DNA from: Terriglobales bacterium
GTDB lineage: Bacteria; Acidobacteriota; Terriglobia; Terriglobales; Acidobacteriaceae
Assembly (NCBI GenBank): GCA_050018355.1
Contig: JBEKAF010000004.1
Location: forward strand, 8,634-72,633
Direction of reading: 5' to 3'
Length of the DNA: 64,000 bases
The translations under genes were made by a program, and so were the position numbers. The notes beneath the pieces are model-generated. The model made no database searches, was not told where the DNA came from, and saw nothing but the letters and a program-made list of their open reading frames with translations. Of the stretch, positions 36,543 through 47,351 are shown piece after piece (the stretch's first letter is position 1; every line of letters begins with the position of its first letter).

Positions 36543-37569
36543 GGGTTGAAGTCAATGACTCCAATGATTTTGGGTATCCATTAGGATGTGTGCGATGCCA
36601 CCGCCAGGCGCTTTCAACAATGGTTTCCAAATCAGGGAATCTCGGCTGCCAGCCCAGGTCGCGCCGAATTTTTTCCGAGCTGGCAATTAACACCGCTGGA
36701 TCACCCGCGCGGCGAGGCGATTCGATCACCGGAATCGGATGCCCGGTGACTCTCCGCGCCACTTCGACTACCTGGCGCACACTGAAGCCCTGTCCGTTGC
36801 CCAGGTTGTAGATCAGCGGACTGGAATTCTCCAGCGCCAGCGCTTCGAGGGCCAGCAGGTGCGCGCGAGCCAGATCGCTGACGTGTATGTAATCGCGGAT
36901 GCAGGTGCCGTCCGGCGTGGAGTAGTCCGTGCCGAAAATGTTCAGGTGTTGCGCACGGCCGAGGGCGACTTGCAGAATCCGGGGGATCAGATGCGTCTCC
37001 GGTTGGTGGGCTTCACCTTGGTCGGGACGGGACGCACCGGCGGCATTGAAATATCGCAGGCTGGCATAGCGAAGGCCGTGAATCTGATGGAACCATGTCA
37101 GCATGCGCTCCACCAGCAGCTTCGATTCGCCGTACGCATTGGTGGGATGGACGGGATCGTCCTCCTCAATCGGAGTGCGCTCAGGATTGCCGAACAGCGC
37201 CGCCGTCGACGAGAAAACGAAACGCTTGGCCCGAACGGCGAGCATCGCTTCGAGCAGGGTCAGCGCATTCGCGGTGTTGTTGCGGAAGAATTCTTCGGGG
37301 GCCTTCATCGACTCGCCCGCTTCGATCAGCGCCGCAAAATGCATGACGGCATCAATCGCGCGAGACCGGAGTAGCTGGTCAAGACAAGCGCGATCCGCCA
37401 AGTCGCCCACTACCAGCTCAGCGTTTTTCGGCACTGCCTGGCGATGGCCGCGACTCAGGTTATCGAAGACGACAACTTGGTGTCCGGCCTGCAAGAGCTC
37501 TTCGGCAACCACGCTGCCGATGTAGCCCGCTCCCCCTGTGACTAGAACCCTCATTGGACTCGTGCCCAT
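36529..37569 (-). CDS. galE: UDP-glucose 4-epimerase
   Basis: [19 protein letters not shown] catalytic motif, length 346 aa. Overlaps galT by 14 nt. Confidence 0.95.
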   Translation of the reverse strand: MGTSPMRVLVTGGAGYIGSVVAEELLQAGHQVVVFDNLSRGHRQAVPKNAELVVGDLADRACLDQLLRSRAIDAVMHFAALIEAGESMKAPEEFFRNNTANALTLLEAMLAVRAKRFVFSSTAALFGNPERTPIEEDDPVHPTNAYGESKLLVERMLTWFHQIHGLRYASLRYFNAAGASRPDQGEAHQPETHLIPRILQVALGRAQHLNIFGTDYSTPDGTCIRDYIHVSDLARAHLLALEALALENSSPLIYNLGNGQGFSVRQVVEVARRVTGHPIPVIESPRRAGDPAVLIASSEKIRRDLGWQPRFPDLETIVESAWRWHRTHPNGYPKSLESLTSTHELL

Positions 37570-37596
37570 TTCTCAGTCTGCTTCTCAGGCGACCTC

Positions 37597-38820
37597 TCAG
37601 GCTACTTGGCCAACCCCATCGGCAGCGGAGCAGACGTAAATCTCCGGTTTGCAGCCGGTCGAGCGTTCATATCCTTCCTGCACCGTCCGCTGGAACGCTT
37701 CGACGCAACCGGTCTGGACAAGCGCGACGGTACAACCGCCAAAACCGCCTCCCGTCATTCGCGATCCGTAAACGCCTTCCGCTTGCTCAGCCAGTTCCAC
37801 CATCAAATCGAGTTCAGAGCAACTCACCTCAAAGTCGTCGCGCAGGCTGCGATGCGATTCGCGCATCAGGTTCCCGAATGCCTGCAAGTCCCCATGTTCA
37901 AGCGCCGCCGCTGCCTGGAGGACACGTGCGTTTTCGCCGATTACGTGACGGCAGCGCCGCATGACTGTATCCGGCAGTTCGCGCCCGTAGGCTTCCAGAT
38001 CCGCTGGCGTCACGTCCCTCAATGCCCGCACGTTTGGCAGATACTTCGACAGACCGCGCACACCCGCTTCGCATTCGGACCGGCGCTGGTTGTATTCGCC
38101 TTTGGCGTGGCTGTGCTTGACCATGGTGTTACAGATCGCCAGGGCCGCATCGTCAGGCAGCGGCAACTGCCGGTATTCCAGAGAGCGGCAATCGAGCAGC
38201 AGAGCGTGACCGCGTTTCCCGTGGCTGGCAACAAATTGATCCATGATTCCGCAGCGCGCGCCGACAAACTCGTTTTCCGCCTGCTGGCAGAGCAAGGCAA
38301 GAGTAGTTCGATCGATCTTGGTTTGATCGGCCTTGGTTCGATCGATCTCCGCTCGATCATTCGCCTGATCGGCCAGATCGAGCAGCGCGTAGCCGACGGC
38401 TACTTCAATCGAAGCGGAGGAGCTCAATCCCGCACCCCCTGGCACGTTCCCATCCACCAACAGGTTGGCCCCGCCCAGATTCTTGCCGGACCGCTCCAGC
38501 ATTTTCACAACGCCAATCGCGTAATCGCTCCAGTGACAGGCGCGCGCGGGTGGCAAACGATCGAGATCGAACTCGACCTGCTCGGAGTAATTTTCAGAAT
38601 GAATCACGAGCTTCCGGTCGCGGCGTGGCGCAATGGCGGCTCGGGTATAGAAGCCGATCGCTGCCGGCATGACGAATCCATCGTTGTAATCGGTGTGTTC
38701 ACCGATCAAATTGACTCGTCCTGGAGCCTGGTAAATGCGTGGAGACTCTCCAAATAGCTGGACAAACCTTTGCTCCAGAGCAGGGGCGCGATTTTCGACC
38801 GCTGAATTCGTGTTATGCAT
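37597..38820 (-). CDS. galK: galactokinase
   Basis: GRVNLIGEHTDYNDGFV signature and GHMP motif PGGAGLSSSAS. Confidence 0.95.
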   Translation of the reverse strand: MHNTNSAVENRAPALEQRFVQLFGESPRIYQAPGRVNLIGEHTDYNDGFVMPAAIGFYTRAAIAPRRDRKLVIHSENYSEQVEFDLDRLPPARACHWSDYAIGVVKMLERSGKNLGGANLLVDGNVPGGAGLSSSASIEVAVGYALLDLADQANDRAEIDRTKADQTKIDRTTLALLCQQAENEFVGARCGIMDQFVASHGKRGHALLLDCRSLEYRQLPLPDDAALAICNTMVKHSHAKGEYNQRRSECEAGVRGLSKYLPNVRALRDVTPADLEAYGRELPDTVMRRCRHVIGENARVLQAAAALEHGDLQAFGNLMRESHRSLRDDFEVSCSELDLMVELAEQAEGVYGSRMTGGGFGGCTVALVQTGCVEAFQRTVQEGYERSTGCKPEIYVCSAADGVGQVA

Positions 38821-38856
38821 GAAGACTCACGGCAAGCCCAGGTCCGGCTTGCAGTC

Positions 38857-39102
38857 CTATTTGATGATACCGCCCTTGAGCTTCTTGTCCGCCGAGCGCG
38901 CCGCGACTGCTCCACGGTGCGCCAGTAGCAGCATTCCGGCGCCGAACATCAGCATTGCAATTCCCCACCAGAAGTTGACATTGATACCCAGCGAATGACG
39001 CGTATACATCTCGCTGCCTCGCGTCGCCGCTCCATATCCACCCACCAGCACACCAAACACACTGAACATCATGCCGATGGGCAATCTGATATCGAATCCC
39101 AT
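38857..39102 (-). CDS. small two-TM membrane protein, function unknown
   Basis: 81 aa with two hydrophobic helices. Lies between the symporter and galK in the same orientation. Confidence 0.5.
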   Translation of the reverse strand: MGFDIRLPIGMMFSVFGVLVGGYGAATRGSEMYTRHSLGINVNFWWGIAMLMFGAGMLLLAHRGAVAARSADKKLKGGIIK

Positions 39103-39170
39103 GCTTATTCCTCAGAACTCTCCCGCCCGTGTTTGCGGCGAATACACGTTCCCTTGTTTCATCATCTCAG

Positions 39171-40988
39171 TTACCAGAAAATCCAATTGAGGACGACCAG
39201 GGCGGTTAGCACCACCACCGCCAGCAACGCTGGCTTCTGGTACCACGCCAGCCCTACATCTTTCGGCCTGTCCGTCAGCGCGTAAACCAATCCCTTGAGT
39301 TCTCCATCCGGACGCGGCTTCGTCAGCAGGGAGATGAGGATCGTCACCGTGAAGCAGGTCGTCCAGGCGAAGATCGCCGTCCAGAAATTCTGCGCCATCT
39401 CGCTCGGGTAGCGATGAGCCACCACGCCTAAGAACCCACCCTTGACGCCGGGTACCGAGCCCGCAGGAAGCGTTATGCCATGATGCACGGCGGCCGCAGC
39501 GGTGCCTCCGAGGAGTCCGCAAAACGCGCCGTTGCCCGTAGCGCGCTTCCAGAACATGCCGAGCAAAAATGTCGCAAACAGCGGGGCGTTCACGAACGCA
39601 AAGACCAGCTGCAGCACGTCCATGATGTTATTGAACTGGCGGGCAACGTATGCGGCGGCCACTGAAATCGCCAGACCGAAAACCGTAGCCGCCCTTCCCA
39701 TCCACAGGTAATGCTGGTCGGTCGCACTCTTATTGATGTAGCTCTGGTAAATATCGTAAGTCCAAACCGAATTGAAGGCGGTCGTATTGCCGGCCATCCC
39801 GGACATGAACGAAGCCATCAGGGCGCACAATCCCAACCCCAGCAATCCCGAAGGAAAATAACGGACCAGCATCATGGGAGTTGCCAAATCGTAATCCAGC
39901 ACGGTCTTGCCGTCTTTGATGAGAGGCTTTCCACTTTCGTCGACTTTCGGTGGAATGATTCCTTTTCCGCCTTCCAAGCTGATTCCGCCGCCGGCCGCTC
40001 GCTGCGAGACCACGGCCGATCCCGGCTTTGCCGGAACGTCTGCCGAAACATCGCCGCTCATGCTGCCGCTCATGCTCGCAGCGGAAACCACGCCGGCAAG
40101 CATTCCCGGCAGAATCACCAGGAACGGAAACAACATCTTCGGAAAGGCAGCAATCAGCGGAGTACGGCGGGCTGACGTCATCGAGTCGGCCGCCATGGCG
40201 CGCTGCACCACCAGAAAATCAGTGCACCAGTAGCCGAACGACAGCACGAAACCGAGTCCCATCAACATGCCGAACCATTCCACGCCCATGGGGTTCGTAC
40301 TCGGGCTGCCCAGATACTTCCAGGAATGCACCATGGCGTCGTTCCCGATCCGGGTCTTCAGGCCGCCCCATCCGCCGACATCCCTCAACCCCAGAAACGT
40401 CAGCGGGATAAAACCGATCACGATCAGAAAGAATTGCAACACCTCGTTATAAATCGCCGAAGTGAGTCCGCCGAGAAACGTGTAGGCCAGCACGACCAGC
40501 GCGGACACGATGATGGCAGCGTTGAAATTCCAGCCGAGCAACAGTTGCAGCAGCTTTCCCATCGCGTACATCGATACGCCCGAAGAAAAGACGGTCATCA
40601 CCGCAAACGAGATCGCGTTCACTCCCCGCGTCTTTTCGTCGAAACGCAACTTCAGATATTCGGGCACCGACCGCGCCCGGGAGCCGTAATAGAACGGCAT
40701 CATGAAGATGCCGACGAAAACCATTGCGGGAATCGCACCCACCCAGTAAAAATGCGAGGTCATAATCCCGTACTTGGCGCCGCTTGCGCCCATGCCGATT
40801 ACTTCCTGGGCGCCGAGGTTGGCGGAAAGAAAGGCTAATCCCGTGATCCAGGCAGGAATGGACCGCCCCGACAGAAAGAAGTCGGTGCTTGTTTTCATGT
40901 ACTTTTTCAGTACGAAACCGATGCCCAGAACAAATGTGAAGTAAATGCCGATTACCGCATAATCAATCCAATGTGGATGTGGGCGCAT
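39171..40988 (-). CDS. sodium:solute symporter (SSS/SGLT family), probable sugar uptake for the gal operon
   Basis: 605 aa, about 14 TM helices, typical SSS N-terminus (DYAVIGIYFTFVLGIGFVLKKYMKTSTDFFLSGRSIP). Confidence 0.9.
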   Translation of the reverse strand: MRPHPHWIDYAVIGIYFTFVLGIGFVLKKYMKTSTDFFLSGRSIPAWITGLAFLSANLGAQEVIGMGASGAKYGIMTSHFYWVGAIPAMVFVGIFMMPFYYGSRARSVPEYLKLRFDEKTRGVNAISFAVMTVFSSGVSMYAMGKLLQLLLGWNFNAAIIVSALVVLAYTFLGGLTSAIYNEVLQFFLIVIGFIPLTFLGLRDVGGWGGLKTRIGNDAMVHSWKYLGSPSTNPMGVEWFGMLMGLGFVLSFGYWCTDFLVVQRAMAADSMTSARRTPLIAAFPKMLFPFLVILPGMLAGVVSAASMSGSMSGDVSADVPAKPGSAVVSQRAAGGGISLEGGKGIIPPKVDESGKPLIKDGKTVLDYDLATPMMLVRYFPSGLLGLGLCALMASFMSGMAGNTTAFNSVWTYDIYQSYINKSATDQHYLWMGRAATVFGLAISVAAAYVARQFNNIMDVLQLVFAFVNAPLFATFLLGMFWKRATGNGAFCGLLGGTAAAAVHHGITLPAGSVPGVKGGFLGVVAHRYPSEMAQNFWTAIFAWTTCFTVTILISLLTKPRPDGELKGLVYALTDRPKDVGLAWYQKPALLAVVVLTALVVLNWIFW

Positions 40989-41523
40989 GTAGCTTACCGC
41001 CTCCCCTCAGCGCCGGACAAAGAGGCGTCTGGATATGGACCGGGCGTTGCCCCAGCCGCTGCAACGCATTTCATCAATACCCCTGTCGCGGCTCGGGGCT
41101 TGCGGGTTTCGCCGATCATCGCTCGGTCCAACTTCCCTTCGCGGGCTCAAGCCCCGGAGTGCCCTTGGAACAAGGGTTTCCGGCTAAGACCATTCACGCG
41201 CATATGCAACCGCTTAACCTTGAACGCACTCGTGTTTGTATAGTGCGCATAAAACGTTGTCAAGAAGGTACACTCGTCCAGAAGATTAGTTATTGGTAAC
41301 ACGTTTCATCCATTCGTTGGGATGAGTTCTGTAAACAGCGTATCAAAAGGGACCCGATGAAACGGAACCGCCTCAATGTCTCTGCTTATCGATGGCGCGG
41401 AGGTCGTCGTCTTCCCCAAGGTATTCCCAGCGTTGCAGCGCGATCGGACTCCGCATAAAGGAAAACGTCCCGGAGGAAACATCCGGGACGTTTTCTTTCT
41501 CTGCTTCGGATTAGCGCGCGACG

Positions 41524-42453
41524 TTAGTGCGAAACGGCGGCAAACAGCGGCGCGTGGATCAAGGACTGGAACTTCTGATCGTCGCTCTTGAAGTGGACTT
41601 GCAGGTTCGAGCTGTCGGAATCGACAGTGGTGGCGTCAATGGCAGTCTTTTCGATCGGGCTGGCACTCATCTTCTTGTAAAGCATGACGCCCTTGACGAC
41701 CGTGGAAAGCGTAGCCGCCGTCATCGAGTCGGCCGTGAGCACACTCAAATCGAAATTCACTCCGTTCTGAAAGTTCATGGTGTAGCGAGAAGCCAGAATG
41801 CGTTTCTTGAGGCTGTCGTAGTCGGCAATCTTCGCGGCATCGCCCATCACCGAGAACATCATGGCCTGGGTTCCCTGCTGGTCGAGGATGCTCCATAGCG
41901 GCGCACCATCGACGGCGGCCATCTGGTCGGTCATCACCGAATTGGAATCGAGCGAAGGGCGCTTGCCGTCGCGGGTATCGAGCGCGCTGTGCAACGAGGC
42001 CGGAGTACCGAAGGCCAGCGTGTTGTCGTCCAGGAAGGTCATCACTAGACCGTTATCCATCGGGTAAATGCTGGTCGTGCCGTACTTGGCGGCCGTGATC
42101 TTCTTGCGCTTCATCTTCTTGAGGACGGCTTTGGCGGAGAACGATCCCTGCGCCACGCCGATGGTTTGAATGCCCTTCTTTTCCGTGCGGAAAGAGGCAA
42201 AATTGAGCTGATCGAGATCGTGGTCGGCGTCAATGCCGATCCCTTTCAGCGCGGTCTCGAGTTCTTTCAGGTTGTCGGGCAGGACTTGTTGCTTGAGCGC
42301 CTGCGCGGTGGGCGAATCTTTAAGCGCCCGATAGTCGACGCCGATCAGTTGCTGAATCTCAGAAGGCATCATGGAACGCGCCGACGATGCGATCGGCATG
42401 GCGTAGCCAGCCGTTGCGCACAGAAGCAAAACCGCAAAACACAAATTCTTCAT
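41524..42453 (-). CDS. hypothetical secreted protein
   Basis: 309 aa with a signal peptide MKNLCFAVLLLCATAGYA. No motif recognised. Confidence 0.65.
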   Translation of the reverse strand: MKNLCFAVLLLCATAGYAMPIASSARSMMPSEIQQLIGVDYRALKDSPTAQALKQQVLPDNLKELETALKGIGIDADHDLDQLNFASFRTEKKGIQTIGVAQGSFSAKAVLKKMKRKKITAAKYGTTSIYPMDNGLVMTFLDDNTLAFGTPASLHSALDTRDGKRPSLDSNSVMTDQMAAVDGAPLWSILDQQGTQAMMFSVMGDAAKIADYDSLKKRILASRYTMNFQNGVNFDLSVLTADSMTAATLSTVVKGVMLYKKMSASPIEKTAIDATTVDSDSSNLQVHFKSDDQKFQSLIHAPLFAAVSH

Positions 42454-42673
42454 AGAAATCCTCTAAGGGAGTCTGCAACGTTTAGATGCAAACCGCGAAC
42501 CATGCGTTGGCAATCCTTGGCGGTCTTTCACCTGTTCTGACCTATTCTAGTCCCTAATTCGCCAGGCAGGACCGTAACTAAAGTGCGTCCGCCCCGCTTG
42601 GTCTTAGAACGTTGGAACCGGGGTAGTTTGCGTGGAAAACAGACAGCTCGGGCTCAGGGTTGTCGAGAGGTGG

Positions 42674-43162
42674 CTATCGGCTGGGTTGCCGAGGAGAGGG
42701 GCTGCTGTCCTTAGGGATTTCCTTATCAGCTTCCTTTGCTGCCTGAAACAAACGGAGCAATACATCTGCCGCCTTGATCTGATCTCCAATGGGTAGCGCG
42801 GCTTTGCTTGGTTTGCTTTTCAGATAGCCGTAGTCCTTGATCGACACCCCTGATGCCTGGGTAGTGTCGATACTCAGGTAGGGTCGGCCGAGTAGCCCGT
42901 CCGGCTCGATTCCTGCGACCGAGTCGTTCGGAATCCCGATTTCGTAGGTTGTGGCCAGAACCATTTCGACTTCTGCTGGGCAATTCTTATTCTGCGGGTT
43001 GGCTCGGACGCTACGAACCGAGGCACCCGCCTGGAGCCCTCCGGCATCATTGAAACAGGACTTCAGATCCTGATGGTGGTAACGCAGCCGGTTTACAAAC
43101 AGACTGCCGATGGCGACCACTCCAACGGCCACGATCAGCACGAGGATTAGCTTTCTAATCAT
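42674..43162 (-). CDS. MlaD/MCE-like domain protein (single N-terminal TM)
   Basis: N-terminal anchor ILVLIVAVGVVAIGSLF followed by a beta-rich segment GLQAGASVRS...VAGIEPDGLLGRPYLSID. The start overlaps the upstream gene stop. Confidence 0.55.
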   Translation of the reverse strand: MIRKLILVLIVAVGVVAIGSLFVNRLRYHHQDLKSCFNDAGGLQAGASVRSVRANPQNKNCPAEVEMVLATTYEIGIPNDSVAGIEPDGLLGRPYLSIDTTQASGVSIKDYGYLKSKPSKAALPIGDQIKAADVLLRLFQAAKEADKEIPKDSSPSPRQPSR

Positions 43163-44667
43163 GACGAGCCTTCCAGAGCTGCCACCCGCTTGCGTGTCCC
43201 GGCCGCAAACACCTCGTCCTTCGGAGAATCTTTTTCCAGCGAATCAAGGTTGATCTCGACGTTCGCGAGCGCGCCTTCGAGGGCAGCTCTTGCCAGAGCG
43301 ATCGCGGTCGTCAGGTCGGACTTCATGTTCGGGTTGGTGATCGGCTTCAGACTAGCGGCGATCTGTGCGACCTCGACTACTTCCTCGGCGACGCCTAGAG
43401 GGACGCTGGTCGCCTGTTTGAGCGCGGCGCTGAGCGCGGCGTCGCCATCGGAAGCCTTGCCATCTGACGACTTGGCCGACTTGTAGGCCTTCATGACGAC
43501 GTTGTAAGACTCGGCGTCGGCGTCAATCGCGGACTTCAGTTCTTCGCGAAGCTGGCTGAGCCTGGCGATCGCTTCGCTGAGCTGGCTTTCGTATTGCAGA
43601 TACGCTTTCTTGCCGCGCGACATGGACGCGACCATGCTTGCGAGTGCGGCGGCCATGGCGCCGCTGGCGGCGGCGGCGCTGCCTCCTCCGGGAGTCCCGG
43701 TGGGAGCGGCCAGTTGTTCGATGAAAGGCTCGACTCCAGCGCGCAGGCCGCCGACGGCCACCTTGCCGCTCATCACTGCTGTAAGGCGGTTTTCCAGGAT
43801 GAGCGAGGAATCGAAGTTTTCGATTTGCAGAAACCATTCCGCGGCCTGTTCCAAGGCCCGCTTCGGAATCAGGCCAACGATCTCGCTTGAAACCGGGATG
43901 ACGCCGTAACGCGCGGCTTCGCGTTTCACGAATTCGAAGACGCGGTGGATGGGAGTTTGCTCGAAGTCGGTCAGGTTCATCGAGACCTGGGCCAGGCCGC
44001 GCACCAGGAATCCGGCTCCCTTGACGAAGCGCAGGCCGCCTCCCGAAGAACGCACGGCTTTCGCGACTTTCTTGGCGATCTCGACGTCGGGCGTATTCAG
44101 GAAGACGTTATAGGCAATCAGAAACTTGCGCGCGCCTACGACGGTTGCGCCGGCCGTGGGATGCACGCGAGGCTCGCCGAAATCGGGCTTGCGCGCGGGA
44201 TTGGTCGCAATTTCGGCGCGGATGCCTTCGAACTGGCCGCGGCGAATATTCTCCAAGTTTTGGCGTTCGGGCGTGGCCGCGGCGGCTTCATAAAGATAGA
44301 CCGGGATCTGGAAGCGTTTCGAGATCTCGGCTCCGACGTGGCGCGCCATGGCGACGCAGTCTTCGATGGTGACGCCGTCAATCGGGATAAAGGGCACGAC
44401 ATCGGCTGCGCCCATGCGCGGGTGCGCCCCCTGATGCTTGGTGAGATCGATCAACTCGGCGGCCTTCCCGACCCCGCGAATGGCGGCCTCCTGGATGGCT
44501 TCACGCTCGCCGACCAGGGTGATGACGCAGCGGTTGTGGTCGGAATCCATTTCGCGGTCGAGGAGATAGACGCCGGGAATCTTCATGGCTGCGATAATGG
44601 CATCGACTTTGGCCGGGTCGCGGCCTTCCGAAAAATTAGGAACGCATTCGACAAGAGTGCTGGGCAT
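43159..44667 (-). CDS. glutamate formimidoyltransferase / formiminotetrahydrofolate cyclodeaminase (FTCD-like, bifunctional)
   Basis: Start set at ATG 44667 (MPSTLVECVPNFSEGRD, canonical FTCD N-terminus). The C-terminal Ala-rich helical domain is cyclodeaminase-like. Confidence 0.85.
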   Translation of the reverse strand: MPSTLVECVPNFSEGRDPAKVDAIIAAMKIPGVYLLDREMDSDHNRCVITLVGEREAIQEAAIRGVGKAAELIDLTKHQGAHPRMGAADVVPFIPIDGVTIEDCVAMARHVGAEISKRFQIPVYLYEAAAATPERQNLENIRRGQFEGIRAEIATNPARKPDFGEPRVHPTAGATVVGARKFLIAYNVFLNTPDVEIAKKVAKAVRSSGGGLRFVKGAGFLVRGLAQVSMNLTDFEQTPIHRVFEFVKREAARYGVIPVSSEIVGLIPKRALEQAAEWFLQIENFDSSLILENRLTAVMSGKVAVGGLRAGVEPFIEQLAAPTGTPGGGSAAAASGAMAAALASMVASMSRGKKAYLQYESQLSEAIARLSQLREELKSAIDADAESYNVVMKAYKSAKSSDGKASDGDAALSAALKQATSVPLGVAEEVVEVAQIAASLKPITNPNMKSDLTTAIALARAALEGALANVEINLDSLEKDSPKDEVFAAGTRKRVAALEGSS

Positions 44668-44858
44668 GGCGAGAAGGATAACGGGCGATGGTCGGGTCAG
44701 GCAACTCGGGCGGGATTTGACAGAGCGCGAGTGCAACAGGCAGACTGCGAAACTATATTCCAAACTTTGCGGTGCACGCCTCGAGCGGAACCTTCGAGCA
44801 GTGCTAGAATCCGGGTTCGCAGTTGCAGCAGCCAGAACTTCAACAGCAGGAGCGTACC

Positions 44859-45134
44859 ATGCCGAAATATGTAATCGAGCGCGAGATTCCCAACGCCGGC
44901 AAATTGACGCAGCAGGAACTCCAGGCCATCTCGCAGAAGTCCTGCAGCGTTCTCCAGAAGCTTGGTTCACAGGTCCAGTGGCTTGAAAGTTTCGTCACCG
45001 ACGGCAAGATCTATTGCGTCTATATCGCTCCGAATGAAGAGATGATCCGCGAACACGCCCGCCAGGGAGGTTTTCCGGCAAATCGAATCTCCGCAATCCG
45101 GTCGGTCATCGGTCCAACCACTGCGGAAGGTTGA
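44859..45134 (+). CDS. DUF4242-like small protein
   Basis: MPKYVIEREIPNAGKLTQQELQAISQKSCSVLQKLGSQVQWLESFVTDGKIYCVYIAPNEEMIREHARQGGFPANRIS. Confidence 0.7.
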   Translation: MPKYVIEREIPNAGKLTQQELQAISQKSCSVLQKLGSQVQWLESFVTDGKIYCVYIAPNEEMIREHARQGGFPANRISAIRSVIGPTTAEG

Positions 45135-45146
45135 AGTCTGTCCACT

Positions 45147-45971
45147 ATGCCCAATTCACGCAGGCCGACGATCGGAGTGTTTGATTCCGGCGTAGGCGGG
45201 CTGACCGTTCTCCGCGCGCTGGTCGAGCGAATTCCCGACGCCGACTACCTCTACTTCGGTGACACGGCCCGCCTTCCTTATGGATCGAAGTCAGCGGCCA
45301 CGGTTGCGCATTACGCGGTCGGGGCGGTGCGCTATCTGCAGGATCAGGGAGCGGAGTTGCTGGTGATTGCCTGCAACACGGCAACCGCGCTGGCGCTGAA
45401 CGAGATCAAAGCGGCGGCTAGCGTCGAGGTGATCGGCGTTGTCGAACCGGGAGCGGAAGCCGCGGCGGCGGCCACCCGCAAGCGAAAGGTGGTCGTCATC
45501 GGCACGGATGCGACCATCGGCAGCCATGCCTACCGGCGAGCGCTCGAATTCCGGAGAGTCGCAGTGCGCGAGAAGGCTTGTCCTCTGTTTGTGCCGCTGG
45601 TCGAAGAGGGTTGGGTGGAACATCCGGTGACCGAGCAGGTGGCAAAGATTTATTTGTCGGAAGCTTTTTCGGACGACGCGCGCGATGCTGACGTGCTGGT
45701 GCTCGGCTGCACACATTATCCGCTGATCAAGCCACTGTTGCGGCGAGTGGCGCCGGAGCACGTCGCGATCGTGGACTCCGCCGAGTCGACTGCGCAGGCA
45801 GTGGCGCGTCAACTGCAGATCGAACCGCTGCCCTCAGCGAAGAGCGAGCGGAGAGGCGTTCCCAAGCTCAAGTTCTTTGCGACGGATTCGGCGGAGAAAT
45901 TCAGGAAGATGGGAACGCGTTTCCTGGGGCTTCCGGTGGAAGATGTGGCGCATGTGGACTTGAAAGAATAG
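45147..45971 (+). CDS. murI: glutamate racemase
   Basis: IGVFDSGVGGLTV, ACNTAT and GCTHYP motifs. Confidence 0.95.
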   Translation: MPNSRRPTIGVFDSGVGGLTVLRALVERIPDADYLYFGDTARLPYGSKSAATVAHYAVGAVRYLQDQGAELLVIACNTATALALNEIKAAASVEVIGVVEPGAEAAAAATRKRKVVVIGTDATIGSHAYRRALEFRRVAVREKACPLFVPLVEEGWVEHPVTEQVAKIYLSEAFSDDARDADVLVLGCTHYPLIKPLLRRVAPEHVAIVDSAESTAQAVARQLQIEPLPSAKSERRGVPKLKFFATDSAEKFRKMGTRFLGLPVEDVAHVDLKE

Positions 45972-46011
45972 GCGAGGTCGTGCGGGCGAGATGCTCGCAC
46001 CTACACTCAAA

Positions 46012-46040
46012 CAAAAACGGCCGCTTGCGCGGCCGCCTTT
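46012..46040. terminator. bidirectional intrinsic terminator between murI and tonB
   Basis: aaaaac-GGCCGC-ttgc-GCGGCC-gcctttt. The A-run and T-run flank the stem on both strands. Confidence 0.7.
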
Positions 46041-46072
46041 TGGGCTCCCAAACTTTTTCGGTACAGCCGGGT

Positions 46073-47068
46073 TCAGTACAAATGGAAATTGACTTCGACG
46101 TTAATCTGCACGGCGACTGGCCTGCCATCTTTCATGGCCGGCTCGAAGCGCCAGGTTCTTACCGCTTCGATGGCTTTTTCATCCAGACCCAATCCTAAAG
46201 TTCGAAGCACTCGGATGTCGCGCGGCTTACCGTCCGGACCGACCACCAGCCACAATACGACTGTGCCCATGTGCTTAACCTTGCGGGCTTCCTCCGAGTA
46301 CTCAGGGTCCGGCGCATAAATCGCTTTCGGAGCGGAAACACCGCCGCCAACGCGGAACGCCCCGCCTCCAGTGCCGCCGCCGTGACCAGGGCCGTATCCG
46401 GGACCTTCGCCCGAACCGACGCCGCCACCGCTACCGGAGCCAATGCCGCCGCCATAGCCAGTTCCATTCGAAGGCACAGAGGGCAGATGCGAAAGCGGAT
46501 CGCCCAGTTCTGGCATGTTCGGCTGCTGCAGGTGAATGTCGGGGGGAACCACGATTGTCGGGGGGACTACCAGTTTCGGGTCCAGGTTGCGCACCACTGC
46601 CATCGGCGGAGTGATCTGCTGCATGGACTGTTTGGGCAGACGGCCTTCCGATGCCTGCAGCTTATCGCGATCACCACCACCGCCGCCGCCGCCGCTCGCG
46701 CTCTTCGAAACCGGCAGAACGGGAAGGTCATCGGGCGCGATTAACAAAACCGTTTCTTTCGGCTTGGCGACGTCGACGATCTTCCGTCCCAGATAGGTAC
46801 CTGCGATGATAAGTGCCAAGGCCAGCACGTGGATGACGGTTGAACCAGCGGCTCCGCGTCCCTTGTAGTTGTAGAAGCCCCAGATGTCGCGCACCGGGAT
46901 GGGCTTCGAGGTCAGGACCAGCGGAGGGAGCTTCTTGGGGAAGAAGAAGTCGTCAATGTTGCGGAACAGGGATTTCCACAGCGGCTCGTCCAGAGTCTGG
47001 TTGTTCAGGAGAAGATGCAGTTCGGGCTCTGGACCCAGTGGATTCTGCGGTATTTCGAATTCTGCCAT
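46073..47068 (-). CDS. tonB: energy transducer TonB family protein
   Basis: N-terminal anchor, Gly/Pro-rich spacer, C-terminal TonB_C (PEYSEEARKVKHMGTVVLWLVVGPDGKPRDIRVLRTLGLGLDEKAIEAVRTWRFEPA). Confidence 0.85.
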   Translation of the reverse strand: MAEFEIPQNPLGPEPELHLLLNNQTLDEPLWKSLFRNIDDFFFPKKLPPLVLTSKPIPVRDIWGFYNYKGRGAAGSTVIHVLALALIIAGTYLGRKIVDVAKPKETVLLIAPDDLPVLPVSKSASGGGGGGGDRDKLQASEGRLPKQSMQQITPPMAVVRNLDPKLVVPPTIVVPPDIHLQQPNMPELGDPLSHLPSVPSNGTGYGGGIGSGSGGGVGSGEGPGYGPGHGGGTGGGAFRVGGGVSAPKAIYAPDPEYSEEARKVKHMGTVVLWLVVGPDGKPRDIRVLRTLGLGLDEKAIEAVRTWRFEPAMKDGRPVAVQINVEVNFHLY

Positions 47069-47351
47069 ATTTTCCCGAGCAGTAACCCCAAGCTCACGGT
47101 ATGGGGAGCCGCTGATTTAGATGCCTAAGCGCTCCTCAAGGTCGCTTGCAAAACGGACGAACCTACCCGCCACAATATTTCCTAGTCAATTAGATGCGCG
47201 CAGACTTCGATCTACTGAAAATTGTACACGCTTTTCCCTGACGGGAAACAGTACTTTTTGAATTCGTTCCCAGTGAGGCAGCTCCGATAGACGTGTCCTT
47301 CCGCGCTCCCTATATAATGAAAAGATTCAACCAGTTGGGAGAACCTTACGA

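Noticed and set aside
41235-41263. Sigma70-like promoter (TTGACA-N17-TACAAA, minus strand) about 245 nt upstream of the symporter gene. A TATAAT-containing element at 47288-47318 upstream of ileS was treated the same way.
   Set aside because: Both are plausible by sequence, but single hexamer matches are weak evidence without transcription-start data. They were not listed as features.
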